Assembly (NCBI GenBank): GCA_965226885.1
Contig: CBDDEL010000015.1
Coordinates: 384,001 to 448,000, forward strand
From: Opitutales bacterium
GTDB taxonomy: Bacteria > Verrucomicrobiota > Verrucomicrobiia > Opitutales > UBA2987
Length of the DNA: 64,000 nucleotides
Direction of reading: 5' to 3'
The first letter of the stretch is position 1. The number at the start of each line of letters is the position of its first letter. Shown piece after piece: positions 30,097 to 40,083 of this stretch. Under the pieces are notes generated by a model that searched no databases, was not told the DNA's origin, and was given only the letters and a program-made list of their open reading frames with translations. Position numbers and translations under genes: made by a program.

Positions 30097-32925
30097 ATGG
30101 AAAAAGATATCAAAACAATAATGTCAATCGGGACAGCGTTAGGCTGTTTGCTAACTACGGTTCTCTTGATTAACGCGACCCAGGTTAGCGCGCAGCACGA
30201 GCCTAAGAAGAGAGAGACCTGGGTCCAAAAGGGCTTTGAGGAATTTGCGAGGGGGCAGTTTGAAGACGGCGGGAGCAATCTTTACGTCAACGCCAATGGC
30301 GTCATCGAGATGATTCACCGGCTGGATGTAAACAACGATGGCTACGTCGACCTGGTGCTGGCCAATTCGCACGATTATATCGAACGCGGGCCGACGCACG
30401 TTTATACGCTTCAGGACAAGGGCGCGAGTTGGACCCGGATGCAGATGTCCGCTGACAGCGGTTGGATGAGCCGGATCGTTGATCTTGATAGGGACGGCCA
30501 TTCGGACCTGGTTGTGGCTAACGGCGAGAACGGTGTTACCTCAGAGCTTCCCTCGTTTGTTTACTGGGGCGGCCCCGACGGGCTCGGTGTCGAGCGAACC
30601 GACCTGCCAACGACCGGGGCCTACGATGTGGCTGTCTTAGATATTAACCGCGACGGCATCCTGGATCTGATCTTCCCTACTTCCTGGAACGATCACCATA
30701 ATCCCGGAAAGCCCATGCTCTCCCGGGTCTATCTTGGCGGAGAAGATCGCCGGTTCACCGAGGCCACGGAAGAGTATGCGATCATGGGAATTGCGGCGAT
30801 CTCCATTGCCGCCGCCGATCTCAACCAGGATGGATTTGTCGATCTTGCCCTGGCGAACTATCGAGTTGAGCACGACTACAACACTGAGTCCTACGTTTAC
30901 TGGGGCACGGAGGGTGGATTCGATACATCCGAGCCGGTGCGGCTGCCGACCGCCTACCCTTTGCGGGTGATCGTTGCCGATCTCAATGACGACAAATGGG
31001 AGGATGTCATTTTTTCCGGTGGAAACCGCGTCCAGATCTATTGGAACCGGCAAGGCAAGCTCAACAAAGACGACACCCGGATCATCGAAGCTACCGGATA
31101 TTCTTCCATGTTCAGCACCGGGGCGATCGGTATCGATGTCGCGGACGTCACCGGCGATGGCAAAAACGATCTCCTCATGGCCGCAGCTGAGGGTGTGGAG
31201 ATTCGCTCCGGAACAGATCTTCAGACGGTGCATCTATCGTTGCCGCTGACACACACCGATTGGGTCACGGCGGTCGATCTCGATGGCGATGGGCGAAAGG
31301 ACCTGGTGGTCAGCCGGCATGACGACAACGTGAACTACGATGTTGATTCAGCGGTGTTCTGGAACGACTCAACGGGCTTCTCCATGGATCGAGTGACCTG
31401 GTTTCCGACCGGCGGCGGCGTCGGCAATACGGCCGGCGATCTGAATGGGGATGGCCGACCGGAAGTTGTTTTCAACAACACCATGAGCGGCCATCTGTCC
31501 AAAATCCACAATTACGTCTATCTCGGCAACGAAAAAGCCGAATATGGAATCGAGCGGCGGTTGGAGTTCCCCGTCGACGGCAGCAGCATTGCCCTTGTGG
31601 CCGATGTTGATCTCGACGGCTACCCGGAGTTCATCTTCGACGCTTCGGTCAAGACCGATACAGGATGGACCCCCTTCATTCGAATCCATCCTGGAGGCCC
31701 GGACGGCCCGGCGACGGATCGATTTCAGGACATCCCGGCGAATGATGGCCTCCAGGACCTTCGGCTGGCCGACTTCAATCGCGACGGCTACCTCGATATT
31801 CTAGCCTTTGCGCAAGTGTATGACGCCAAACCGGAAACGCTGGCGAAATCCTCGAGGATTTACTTTGGTTCGGAAGCGGGGTATTCCCTTTCGCGTTCGC
31901 GGGGATTAGAGACTTATGGAAACACGGGCAAACTTGCGGACGTCAACAAGGACGGATTCCTCGACATCTTATGCACCGATAAACGCAATGAGATCCTCAT
32001 CTATCTGGGTGGGCCCGACGGCTTTAGCGGGGACCACAGCTGGCGCGTCCCGGTGCCGTATCCAATCGCCGTGAACACCGCTGACCTTAATGCCGATGGA
32101 TGGCTTGATTTGATTGTCTCATGCGCTGCGCATTACCACCTGCAAAAAGACACCATGCACGTCTTCTTCGGTAGCCGCGACGGTTATCGAAGCGAAAACT
32201 CGCAGAAGCTGCTGGCGGAATACACCCCGATCTTCACGGCCATTGCCGATTTCAACCGCGACGGGCACCTGGACGTGGCTGCCACCGGATACTCGACCTC
32301 CAAGGCACGGGTCATCCCCGCACAAGTATTCTGGGGCACCGGAAAGGCTCTTGACTGGGACCATCCGGTCAATCTGCCGGCGGAAGGTTCCGGCGCCGCC
32401 ACCCAAGTGGACTTGAACCGGGACGGTTGGATTGATCTCGTCCTGGCCTGCCACCGCAATGACATCGGGCATCAGGTTGATTCCTTGATTTACTGGAATG
32501 GCCCGGAAGGCTTTCTGGCCGCTCCGGCAACGCGTCTGCCGGGCTTGGGCCCCCACGGCATGACCGCCCGCGATCGAGGCAATGCCTATACCCGAGAGCC
32601 GGATGAGTCCTACTTTTCCCCGCCATTTGACATGACGGACATGACGGCCAAACGGCTTCACTGGAAGGCCGATGTAATCCTGCCAGCAGAGTTAAAATTT
32701 CAGATGCGAGTCGCGCCTACCAGGGAGGAACTCTCTCAGAGCCCATGGATGGGTCCGCAGGGTCCGGATACCTTCTATGAACGATCCGGTCAGAAATTGA
32801 AGGGGTCCCCCCGCGGCGCCCGATGGCTGCAATACCGGGCCGTGTTTGTTTCGCCCTACGCCTGCCGATCACCCCGGCTCCATGAAGTTCGCGTAGACTT
32901 CGTGCCCGTGGTCCCCAAGAGCTGA
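30097..32925 (+). CDS. Secreted 14-repeat FG-GAP/VCBS-like protein, paralog 4
   Basis: WVQKGFEEFARG..GSNLYV; 14 repeats; start 30082 or 30097. Confidence 0.9.
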   Translation: MEKDIKTIMSIGTALGCLLTTVLLINATQVSAQHEPKKRETWVQKGFEEFARGQFEDGGSNLYVNANGVIEMIHRLDVNNDGYVDLVLANSHDYIERGPTHVYTLQDKGASWTRMQMSADSGWMSRIVDLDRDGHSDLVVANGENGVTSELPSFVYWGGPDGLGVERTDLPTTGAYDVAVLDINRDGILDLIFPTSWNDHHNPGKPMLSRVYLGGEDRRFTEATEEYAIMGIAAISIAAADLNQDGFVDLALANYRVEHDYNTESYVYWGTEGGFDTSEPVRLPTAYPLRVIVADLNDDKWEDVIFSGGNRVQIYWNRQGKLNKDDTRIIEATGYSSMFSTGAIGIDVADVTGDGKNDLLMAAAEGVEIRSGTDLQTVHLSLPLTHTDWVTAVDLDGDGRKDLVVSRHDDNVNYDVDSAVFWNDSTGFSMDRVTWFPTGGGVGNTAGDLNGDGRPEVVFNNTMSGHLSKIHNYVYLGNEKAEYGIERRLEFPVDGSSIALVADVDLDGYPEFIFDASVKTDTGWTPFIRIHPGGPDGPATDRFQDIPANDGLQDLRLADFNRDGYLDILAFAQVYDAKPETLAKSSRIYFGSEAGYSLSRSRGLETYGNTGKLADVNKDGFLDILCTDKRNEILIYLGGPDGFSGDHSWRVPVPYPIAVNTADLNADGWLDLIVSCAAHYHLQKDTMHVFFGSRDGYRSENSQKLLAEYTPIFTAIADFNRDGHLDVAATGYSTSKARVIPAQVFWGTGKALDWDHPVNLPAEGSGAATQVDLNRDGWIDLVLACHRNDIGHQVDSLIYWNGPEGFLAAPATRLPGLGPHGMTARDRGNAYTREPDESYFSPPFDMTDMTAKRLHWKADVILPAELKFQMRVAPTREELSQSPWMGPQGPDTFYERSGQKLKGSPRGARWLQYRAVFVSPYACRSPRLHEVRVDFVPVVPKS

Positions 32926-32933
32926 CCGAGACA

Positions 32934-33802
32934 TTACTCCAGCTCCCAGCGACTCGGGTTGATGCCCGGAGCCTCCCGCGGCATGTCCGGCGGTTTATTG
33001 CCGGCTTCCGGTCGCCAGATGCGGCCGCTGCGATCCCCCATGAGCTCGCGCACCGCCTTCGGCAACCCGGCCACCTCCTGCGCGTCCCATGGCTGCACCC
33101 GGTCGGCCGGACCGGACCAGGTCGGCCGGTAGGAAAGCTGCAGAGACTCCCTCGCGTAAGTGCCCACATTTGGGTAATTGCCGTGAAACAGGTAGTGGTT
33201 GAACACTACGGCCGAACCCGCTTTGCAGGTCACCATGACCTCTTCCGGGTGCTCCTCGTAGCGCAAGTATGGATTGGCTTCGTTGTGGAAGCTCAAATGT
33301 GTCCGCGGTATGACGCGAAAGGGGGATATACCTCAGGAGTGAGATCGTCAAGATAGTAGAGGACACGGACCAATTTTGGGCAAGTATACTCGGCCGGAAA
33401 GATTTGGGAGCCCCACGGCTGGCCATCGCAGTGCAGACTGATGCCGGGGTGCCCGGGTTCGGACCGCCCGTAGTCGTATGACATCGGGACCACCTCGCCG
33501 CACAACGTCTTGAGGAATCGGATCATCGGCGGAAAGGCGATCAACTCGGTTATCGGCCCCCCCTCAAACTGCACGTTCGCGCGACCCCGCTGATGCACGC
33601 TTTAATCCACGTGCGTCGTCTCAAAGGTCGCTGTCTGCGCTTTGAGACGTCTTATGTGTCCGGCGTCGAGAAGGTTGGGAATCAGGACGTATCCCTCCAC
33701 CTCCAAGTGCCGAATTCGGTCTCCAAGGGTAAACCGGCTCCAATCGCGATCATCGATACGCGGTTTGCCGTCGGGTGTATTGGTCGCAGAGAAGTCTGAC
33801 AT
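32934..33802 (-). pseudogene. PhyH-family dioxygenase with a nonsense codon and a frameshift
   Basis: LEVEGYVLIPNLL...HVD*SVHQ (TAA at 33602-33604, in frame); LHCDG; 2-bp duplication at 33327-33330, repair gives PEVSPFRVIPRTHLSFH; LFHGNYPN. Confidence 0.85.
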
Positions 33803-33968
33803 GCCTCGATTTACCAATTAGCCGTAGTCCTACATTACAAACTGATGTGAATTACCATAACCGTGGGCAGAGAGTCAATCACGAACACTTTCGCCCCCTC
33901 GCGCGCGATCAACACGGCAGTAGCCTTGCCATTCCCTCACCCGGGCCCCGAGTTGCCCAGCCACTTCT

Positions 33969-34658
33969 CTACTTTTGGGGTTCAATTCCCAACCCTTCCA
34001 AATAGCTCTGGCCCGAATCCCATTTCTCGAAGATAGCTTCTTCTTCAGCCAGGATCTCATGTGCCGCTTCGATCACGGAAGGCGCATCTTCGGCGCGGCA
34101 GAATACTATGCCATCTTCGTCCGCTATAACCAAGTCACCCGGTGTGGCTACGACACCGCCAATGCAAACCTCAACTTCCGCTTCCGCGCCAATGTAACCT
34201 TCGGGGAATCTAGGTATGACGAAGGATTCCGTCGAGATCAGCCGGTGAAACATTTGCATTCCCTGATTTTTAACATCCGCGATATCGCGAATGGTACCGT
34301 CAATGATTACTCCGCTGAGACCAGCGTGGACAAACGACCGGCAGGCGCCACCACCATAGGGTGAACGCAGTCCCAGCCGCGATTCCGTTACGAGAACAGG
34401 TGATGCCAGTTCTTTCGCCCGCTCGAATGCTTTGGCAAGAACATAAGCGAAAGATGGCTGTTCTGTTGGATAATAATCCAGTAAAACTGTCACATCTGTC
34501 CCCGCCACGCGCTTATCGGGGATGAGTGGGCGCAGAGCGGGGTCGACAATGCGGCGCGTCAAACCCAGTTTCTGCATACCGTCAGCGATAAACGGTGACC
34601 CCAGTTCAAGAAAATTTCTAATGCTGTCTTCATTATTCATATCGATTTCTTCGGTCAT
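33969..34658 (-). CDS. RraA/HMG-aldolase family protein
   Basis: GVIIDGTIRD, IGGVVATPGDLVIADEDGIV. Confidence 0.85.
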   Translation of the reverse strand: MTEEIDMNNEDSIRNFLELGSPFIADGMQKLGLTRRIVDPALRPLIPDKRVAGTDVTVLLDYYPTEQPSFAYVLAKAFERAKELASPVLVTESRLGLRSPYGGGACRSFVHAGLSGVIIDGTIRDIADVKNQGMQMFHRLISTESFVIPRFPEGYIGAEAEVEVCIGGVVATPGDLVIADEDGIVFCRAEDAPSVIEAAHEILAEEEAIFEKWDSGQSYLEGLGIEPQK

Positions 34659-34752
34659 AAGTGATTATAAAATATGTGCTCTTCAATATGTATGTGCAAT
34701 GTTTTCATAATGCCGATTGCCGATCGAAAAGCCTGCGTAGCGCACTGTCTTG

Positions 34753-35825
34753 ATGAACTTTGACCAAACAGGCAAAGTCCAGACCGTCCTGGGCCTCATC
34801 GATCCGCAAGATTTGGGGATGACGCTCACCCATGAGCACATTCTCCTCGACTTGTCTTCAGCGATTGAACCTCCGGAAGAACCTGCGGCGAGGGAATTCT
34901 TTTACAAACCGGTTTCCCTGGAGACGGTGGGCTATATCCGGTTTTATTCCTTCCCCAATGCCGACAATTGTAAATTGCAGGACATCGATACAGCCATCGA
35001 GGAGTTAAATCTTTACAAGCTACACGGGGGGAATTCCCTCGTGGAGGTATCCAGCGTCGGCCTCTCGCGGGACCCGGTCGGCTTGGCAAGAATCGCCCGG
35101 GCGACTGGACTTAATATCGTTATGGGCTGCTCTCATTCTATGTTGACGCGGTGCACCCACCGGACATGGATAACCGCAGTGAGGACGACCTCTGTAACGA
35201 AATCGTGCGTGACGTGACCCAAGGTCCAGGCGATACTGGCATACGGGCGGGTATTATTGGCGAAGTGGGTTGCTCTTGGCCCTTGACCCACAATGAGCGT
35301 AAGGTCTTGCGTGCCTCTGGACGAGCGCAACAGATCACCGGAGCGCCTCTGATGATTCACCCAGGCCGCGACGAGTATGCGCCCGAGGAGATCCTGGATG
35401 TGCTCGGCACGGTAGGCGCCGACCCCAAACGCATGATCATGGCTCACCTGGAACGAACCGTATTCCAGCGCAGCACTCTGAAGTGCATAGCACAGACTGG
35501 ATGCTACCTGGAGTGGGACCACTTTGGTTATGAGCATTCCTATTTTGGAAACAATCCAAAGGTTGAGCTGCCTAACGACGCTGCGAGAATGGACATCATT
35601 GCCTGGGCGATTTCAGAAGGATATGGGGATCAGATCTTGGTAGCGCATGATGTGGCGGCGAAATCGAAATTAATTAAATACGGCGGCCACGGGTACTTTT
35701 ACATCTTTCAGCACATTGTCCCGAGAATGCGCGCCCGCGGCTACAGCGAAGATGATGTGGACCGGATTTTGGTAAGAAACCCCGCATCCGCTTTAACCTT
35801 CGTCACCCCGAAGGGCCTCAAATAA
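34753..35825 (+). pseudogene. Phosphotriesterase-family amidohydrolase, frameshifted
   Basis: GMTLTHEH, AGIIGEVG, IHPGR, AHLER, AHD. tc x2 at 35131-35134; repair gives MGCSFYVDAVHPPDM. Confidence 0.88.
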
Positions 35826-35832
35826 TTGAAAT

Positions 35833-35915
35833 CGAGTCAATACCTCAACCTTATCCGGCAACGGGCTATTCGATCCGTCGGGTGTCGGGAGCAGGACCCG
35901 GTATTGCAGCCAGGA
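35833..35915 (-). pseudogene. C-terminal relic of an eighth 14-repeat paralog
   Basis: WLQYRVLLPTPDGSNSPLPDKVEVLTR versus paralog 3 WLQYRVLLETPDGGNSPLLHKVEVQTR. Confidence 0.85.
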
Positions 35916-35958
35916 GGATTTTTTTCCTATCGGACTTCCCGACAGGGTGATAGATACA

Positions 35959-37066
35959 TTACGAAGACCAGGCGCGCCGAAAGAATCGCAGAGCATTGCC
36001 GTGAAGTATTCCGTTGATGTCTTCCTCGTGGATTCCAGCTTTACGCAAAACCGCAGAGAAGCTTTGTAGATCCGCAATGGTGTCTACATCGGTTGGCGTC
36101 AACTCGGCGCCGAATCCGCCATCCATGTCAGTCCCGATCGCGATATTGTTCAATGATCCGCCGGCCAGATTCGCGATATTCTCAATGTGAGGTATGAGAC
36201 CGTCCATTCCGTACTTGGACTCCCACGACTTCGGCGGGGGAAGGTTTTCCCACACCACGTCGGGATCGATGAAGAACTGACAGAACACCAACCTGATGAT
36301 CCCATCACGTCGAATGACCTCGCGGATCATATCATCCGTCAGATGGCGCTGGCCTTTGACAATTGATCGACACGTGCAATGCGAGGCGAGTACGGGACCA
36401 TCCCAAAGTTCGAGCGACTCCCACACGGCCTGGGTCGGCCATATGGGTGATGTCGAGGATCATTCCGGCCTCGCGCATCGCTTGGTAGAGTGGCTTGGCC
36501 GCGGGTTTCAATCCCCCCTCCGTAAATGTGCCGTGAATATAGGTGTTGTCGCCGAAGTGCGCGGGACCGACGACCCTTAACCCCGCATCCCACCAGAAGG
36601 CGACATCGTCGGGATTTGCGATCGGATCCGCACTTTCCATGGACAGGATGTGATAAATGGGAGTGCGATCGGTCGGATTCTGCCAGACCTCGACCGCTTC
36701 GTTGAGGTCGTCCAGCCCCCCAACAGGCTTGATATCACCGCGCCGCGCCATTGCCTGGTAGTAGGCCAAATGCCCGCGCCCCGTTGCCATGGTTTGCTCT
36801 TGCGTGCGCATGCCGTCTCGCCGGCTGTCCCGGTAGCGCTGTTCAATGCGCGACATGATCGTGCTGAGCATGATGCCGACGCTTCCGCGGCGCATTTCCG
36901 GAAATGTCACCGTGCACAGTCCAGTATCAAAGTCATCCGCGACTTGGGGAATGTCGTTTTCTTCCTGCCGGCGGACCTGGTGAGCCGTCAAAGTCAGATC
37001 GCGGTTCCAAAACAGCGCGTCCCAGGCGAGGTCGAGATGCAAATCGATGATTAAAGGTTGTGCCAT
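35959..37066 (-). pseudogene. Membrane dipeptidase (M19) family amidohydrolase, +1 frameshift
   Basis: IIDLHLD, LSMESADP, ILDITHMAD|QAVWE (extra base in the run at 36432-36434), ASH, IGTDMDGG. Confidence 0.85.
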
Positions 37067-37093
37067 GGCACGCTTAAGGGCCGGCGGTAGCAA

Positions 37094-39955
37094 CTACCGG
37101 GTAGAGGTGTATTGAATCGAGACGGATCGGAGGACAGGAGAGCTGGCCGAGCCGGGGCTGATCAAGCTCGCTTTGTACTGGATCCAGCGAACCTCCGCCT
37201 CTCGTCTCGCCAAGCTGGCGCCTGACTCGGTGTAGAAGCTTTGCGGGCCGTCGGGCCCCCCCCAGGGGGCCGACTCCAGGGCCTCGCGTGTGCCGGCCGA
37301 TCGAACCTGAAACTCGAGGCCCGTCTCAAAGGGAGTGTCTCCCTCCCAGCTGATGGCCTCCAAGCGAACCTTGGACCCCGTATCAAAGGACGGGGAGACG
37401 TAGTCGTAGCGGTCTCCTCGATCATAGACGTGGCCGTTATCGGATGTCAAGTAATGGGGACCTAACCCCGGCAGAAGAGTTCGCCGATCGACAGAGAAAC
37501 CGTCGTCGCTTCCCCAGTAAAGAAAGGAATCGTTGCGGTGGTTGCCCTCCTTGGAGTGACAGGCGAAGAGAATGTCGGCGCGATCATCTCCGTCGAAGTC
37601 GTTGACATAAATGCCGGAGGCCGAATTTGTGGGCAGCAGGGTCATTCGGGAAGCCTCGAAGCCCGCGGCGCTGTTCCAGTAGATCGTGGAAGGATGGCTC
37701 CGGGTATAGCCGGCGTGGTAGCTGGAAAGGACCACGTCCAACATACCGTTGCCGTTCAGATCCGCTACCGCTACGTCGGCATTTCCCACCGAGGGAAGGA
37801 TCTGCCGGCGGGATGCGTCATACCCATCGGGCCCGCCCCAGTAGATGAAGGTGTCACCCTCGGGGGAACCCCCGAAAGACTGGGGCTTGCCGGGAGCGGG
37901 ATTGGCGTCGTAGAGATTAGGCACGATCAGGTCCAGAAACCCGTCTGCATTGAGGTCTGCAACCTCGACGGAAGCGGAGACTCTCGACGGCAGAGCGGTC
38001 TTGCGGTCATTGTCGAAACCCAAGGGACTGTTCCAGAATATGACGAGCTGGTCGATGGTGGTGCTGAAGAAGATGTCCAGCCAGCCGTCGCGATTCAGGT
38101 CTCCGGTGGAGTGGACGCGGATGCTGCCAATCTCGAATTCGAATCGGTTGTTTCCCGTGAATCCCGATGGGCCGCCCCAGTAGAGGCTGGTAGATTCACT
38201 GCCGGGCTCCCACTGGCTGAGAGAAATGTCCAGGTAACCGTCCCGGTTGTAGTCGGCCACCCGGGAGGAGAACCCTCCGAGGTCCGAGAGTAGGTGCCGG
38301 TTGCCGGACGAATATCCATCAGGTCCTCCCCAATAGATACCCGAACCGCTGCTTTCTTCGTCCTCGATCGATGCAAAGACGAGGTCCACGTAACCGTCCT
38401 GATCGATGTCGGCACTGTCGTAGAAGCTGCCGCCAGTGGGCAGGTCCTGGCGGCGCCCGGAATCGAACTTCCCAGCCTCGTCGCCCCAGTAGATGTAGGA
38501 GGGAGTGGGTCGGTTGAAGTTCGATGCGTTGACGAAGACCAGATCCGTGAGTCCATCTCCATTCAAGTCTCCCGTCTGCACACCCGTCGCTTCCGAGGTG
38601 GGCAGTTCCGTCCGCCGGTCGGTACTGAAACCGTCCTCTCCTCCCCAGTAGAGGTAGGCTCGGGGCTGCTTGTAGAGGCCGGCGTTTGTCTGGGCGAAGA
38701 CCAGGTCCATGTGGCCGTCCCCATCCAGATCCACGATGGTGCAGCGGGTCGGGTTCCGCGTCGGCAAGGCCGTTCGTTTGTTGGGGCGGTAGCCTTCAGC
38801 CGTGCCCCAGTAGATGTAGGATGTGTTGCTCGACTTGTTGGCAAATAGCAAATCGGGCCTGCCGTCCCGATTCAAATCGGACGCTGCCACATCGGAAGCT
38901 CCCACCGTAGGCAGCGATGTCCGTGACTCGACCGAGTAACCTTCCCTGGATCCCCAGTACACGTAGGAGTTTACGGCCACCGTGTCGAGGATGTTGTACA
39001 TACCCATTTCCCGCGTTTTTAAACGATAGGAATTTGCCAGGACGATTTCAGGAAAGCCGTCCGCGTTCAGATCGGCCACGGCCACGGCCGAGGTTCTCTC
39101 CCCCGGCAGGTGGGTGCTGGGGCGGTGAGCGTAGTCTCCGTTGCCCCCGCCCCAATAGAGGAGCGCTCCGCCTTCTGCGTCGGTGTTCCCCTCGTTGGCA
39201 AAAACCAGGTCCAAATGGCCGTCTCCATCCAAGTCGGCCACGGCCACATCTCGACCATTGACGGTCCTGAGCGCCAGGCGACGGTCGGGCGAGTATCCTT
39301 GCGCAGAGCCCCAATAGACGAAGGACTGGTTATCGCGATCTACCGACACGTGATAACCGAGGCCACTGTTGGCAAACACAATGTCCAGATGGCCGTCCTC
39401 GTTTAGATCCTCCACCGCCACGGCTCGCGCTCCCCTGGTGGGAAGACCGCTCCGGGTGGAGGCGTCCAGGCCATCTGCACTTCCCCAATAGATGTAGGAT
39501 TCCAGGTCCGTCCTGGTCCCATTGAAGTTATTGGCGACGATCAGATCGGGATAACCGTCGGCATTCAGATCGGCCACGGCTCCGTCGCTCCCGCCGTTCG
39601 TAGGCAACTGCATGCGGCGCTGGGACGAGAACCTGTCGCCACCCCAGTAAATAAACAGGTCTTCCTTCGCGATGGGATCATGATCGTTAGGCAACACGAT
39701 ATCGATGCTGCCGTCGCCATTCAAGTCCCTGCGATTGATAAGCATCACCTCCCCGCCTGTCGTAACGAAGGTGTTGACGCCCCCGTCGCTAAAGCTACCG
39801 TCAACCAGGTCCAGAAAAGTTGAGGTGGTCCACAATTTCGCGTCGGCCCCCACTACCGGGACTGAGGAGACCAGGAATGCCAGCAGGGCCAGTCCCGCCG
39901 TTCCTGCAAGTTTGATGGAGATCCTATGATACTTGATGGAGATTCTATGATACAT
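37094..39955 (-). CDS. Secreted 14-repeat FG-GAP/VCBS-like protein, paralog 5 (953 aa)
   Basis: 14 repeats; closest to paralog 2 (PAPGK...FGGSPEGDTFIYWG, YHAG.TRSHPS); in-frame 21-bp duplication in the leader (YHRISIK x2). Confidence 0.9.
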   Translation of the reverse strand: MYHRISIKYHRISIKLAGTAGLALLAFLVSSVPVVGADAKLWTTSTFLDLVDGSFSDGGVNTFVTTGGEVMLINRRDLNGDGSIDIVLPNDHDPIAKEDLFIYWGGDRFSSQRRMQLPTNGGSDGAVADLNADGYPDLIVANNFNGTRTDLESYIYWGSADGLDASTRSGLPTRGARAVAVEDLNEDGHLDIVFANSGLGYHVSVDRDNQSFVYWGSAQGYSPDRRLALRTVNGRDVAVADLDGDGHLDLVFANEGNTDAEGGALLYWGGGNGDYAHRPSTHLPGERTSAVAVADLNADGFPEIVLANSYRLKTREMGMYNILDTVAVNSYVYWGSREGYSVESRTSLPTVGASDVAASDLNRDGRPDLLFANKSSNTSYIYWGTAEGYRPNKRTALPTRNPTRCTIVDLDGDGHMDLVFAQTNAGLYKQPRAYLYWGGEDGFSTDRRTELPTSEATGVQTGDLNGDGLTDLVFVNASNFNRPTPSYIYWGDEAGKFDSGRRQDLPTGGSFYDSADIDQDGYVDLVFASIEDEESSGSGIYWGGPDGYSSGNRHLLSDLGGFSSRVADYNRDGYLDISLSQWEPGSESTSLYWGGPSGFTGNNRFEFEIGSIRVHSTGDLNRDGWLDIFFSTTIDQLVIFWNSPLGFDNDRKTALPSRVSASVEVADLNADGFLDLIVPNLYDANPAPGKPQSFGGSPEGDTFIYWGGPDGYDASRRQILPSVGNADVAVADLNGNGMLDVVLSSYHAGYTRSHPSTIYWNSAAGFEASRMTLLPTNSASGIYVNDFDGDDRADILFACHSKEGNHRNDSFLYWGSDDGFSVDRRTLLPGLGPHYLTSDNGHVYDRGDRYDYVSPSFDTGSKVRLEAISWEGDTPFETGLEFQVRSAGTREALESAPWGGPDGPQSFYTESGASLARREAEVRWIQYKASLISPGSASSPVLRSVSIQYTSTR

Positions 39956-40083
39956 GGTGCTACTCCCTCAATAGAGGTTTATGGGAAATTCAATTCCGGG
40001 AACGGATAACTTTATTCAGAAAACAAGAAGCATCAGGAATCAAGGCCAAGCACTTGTCAAACTTTATCAACCATTCTATTTTA

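Noticed and set aside
33602..33604. Stop-codon readthrough or recoding in the PhyH gene
   Set aside because: The codon is TAA (not Sec/Pyl), one change from a Tyr codon, and the gene also has a frameshift
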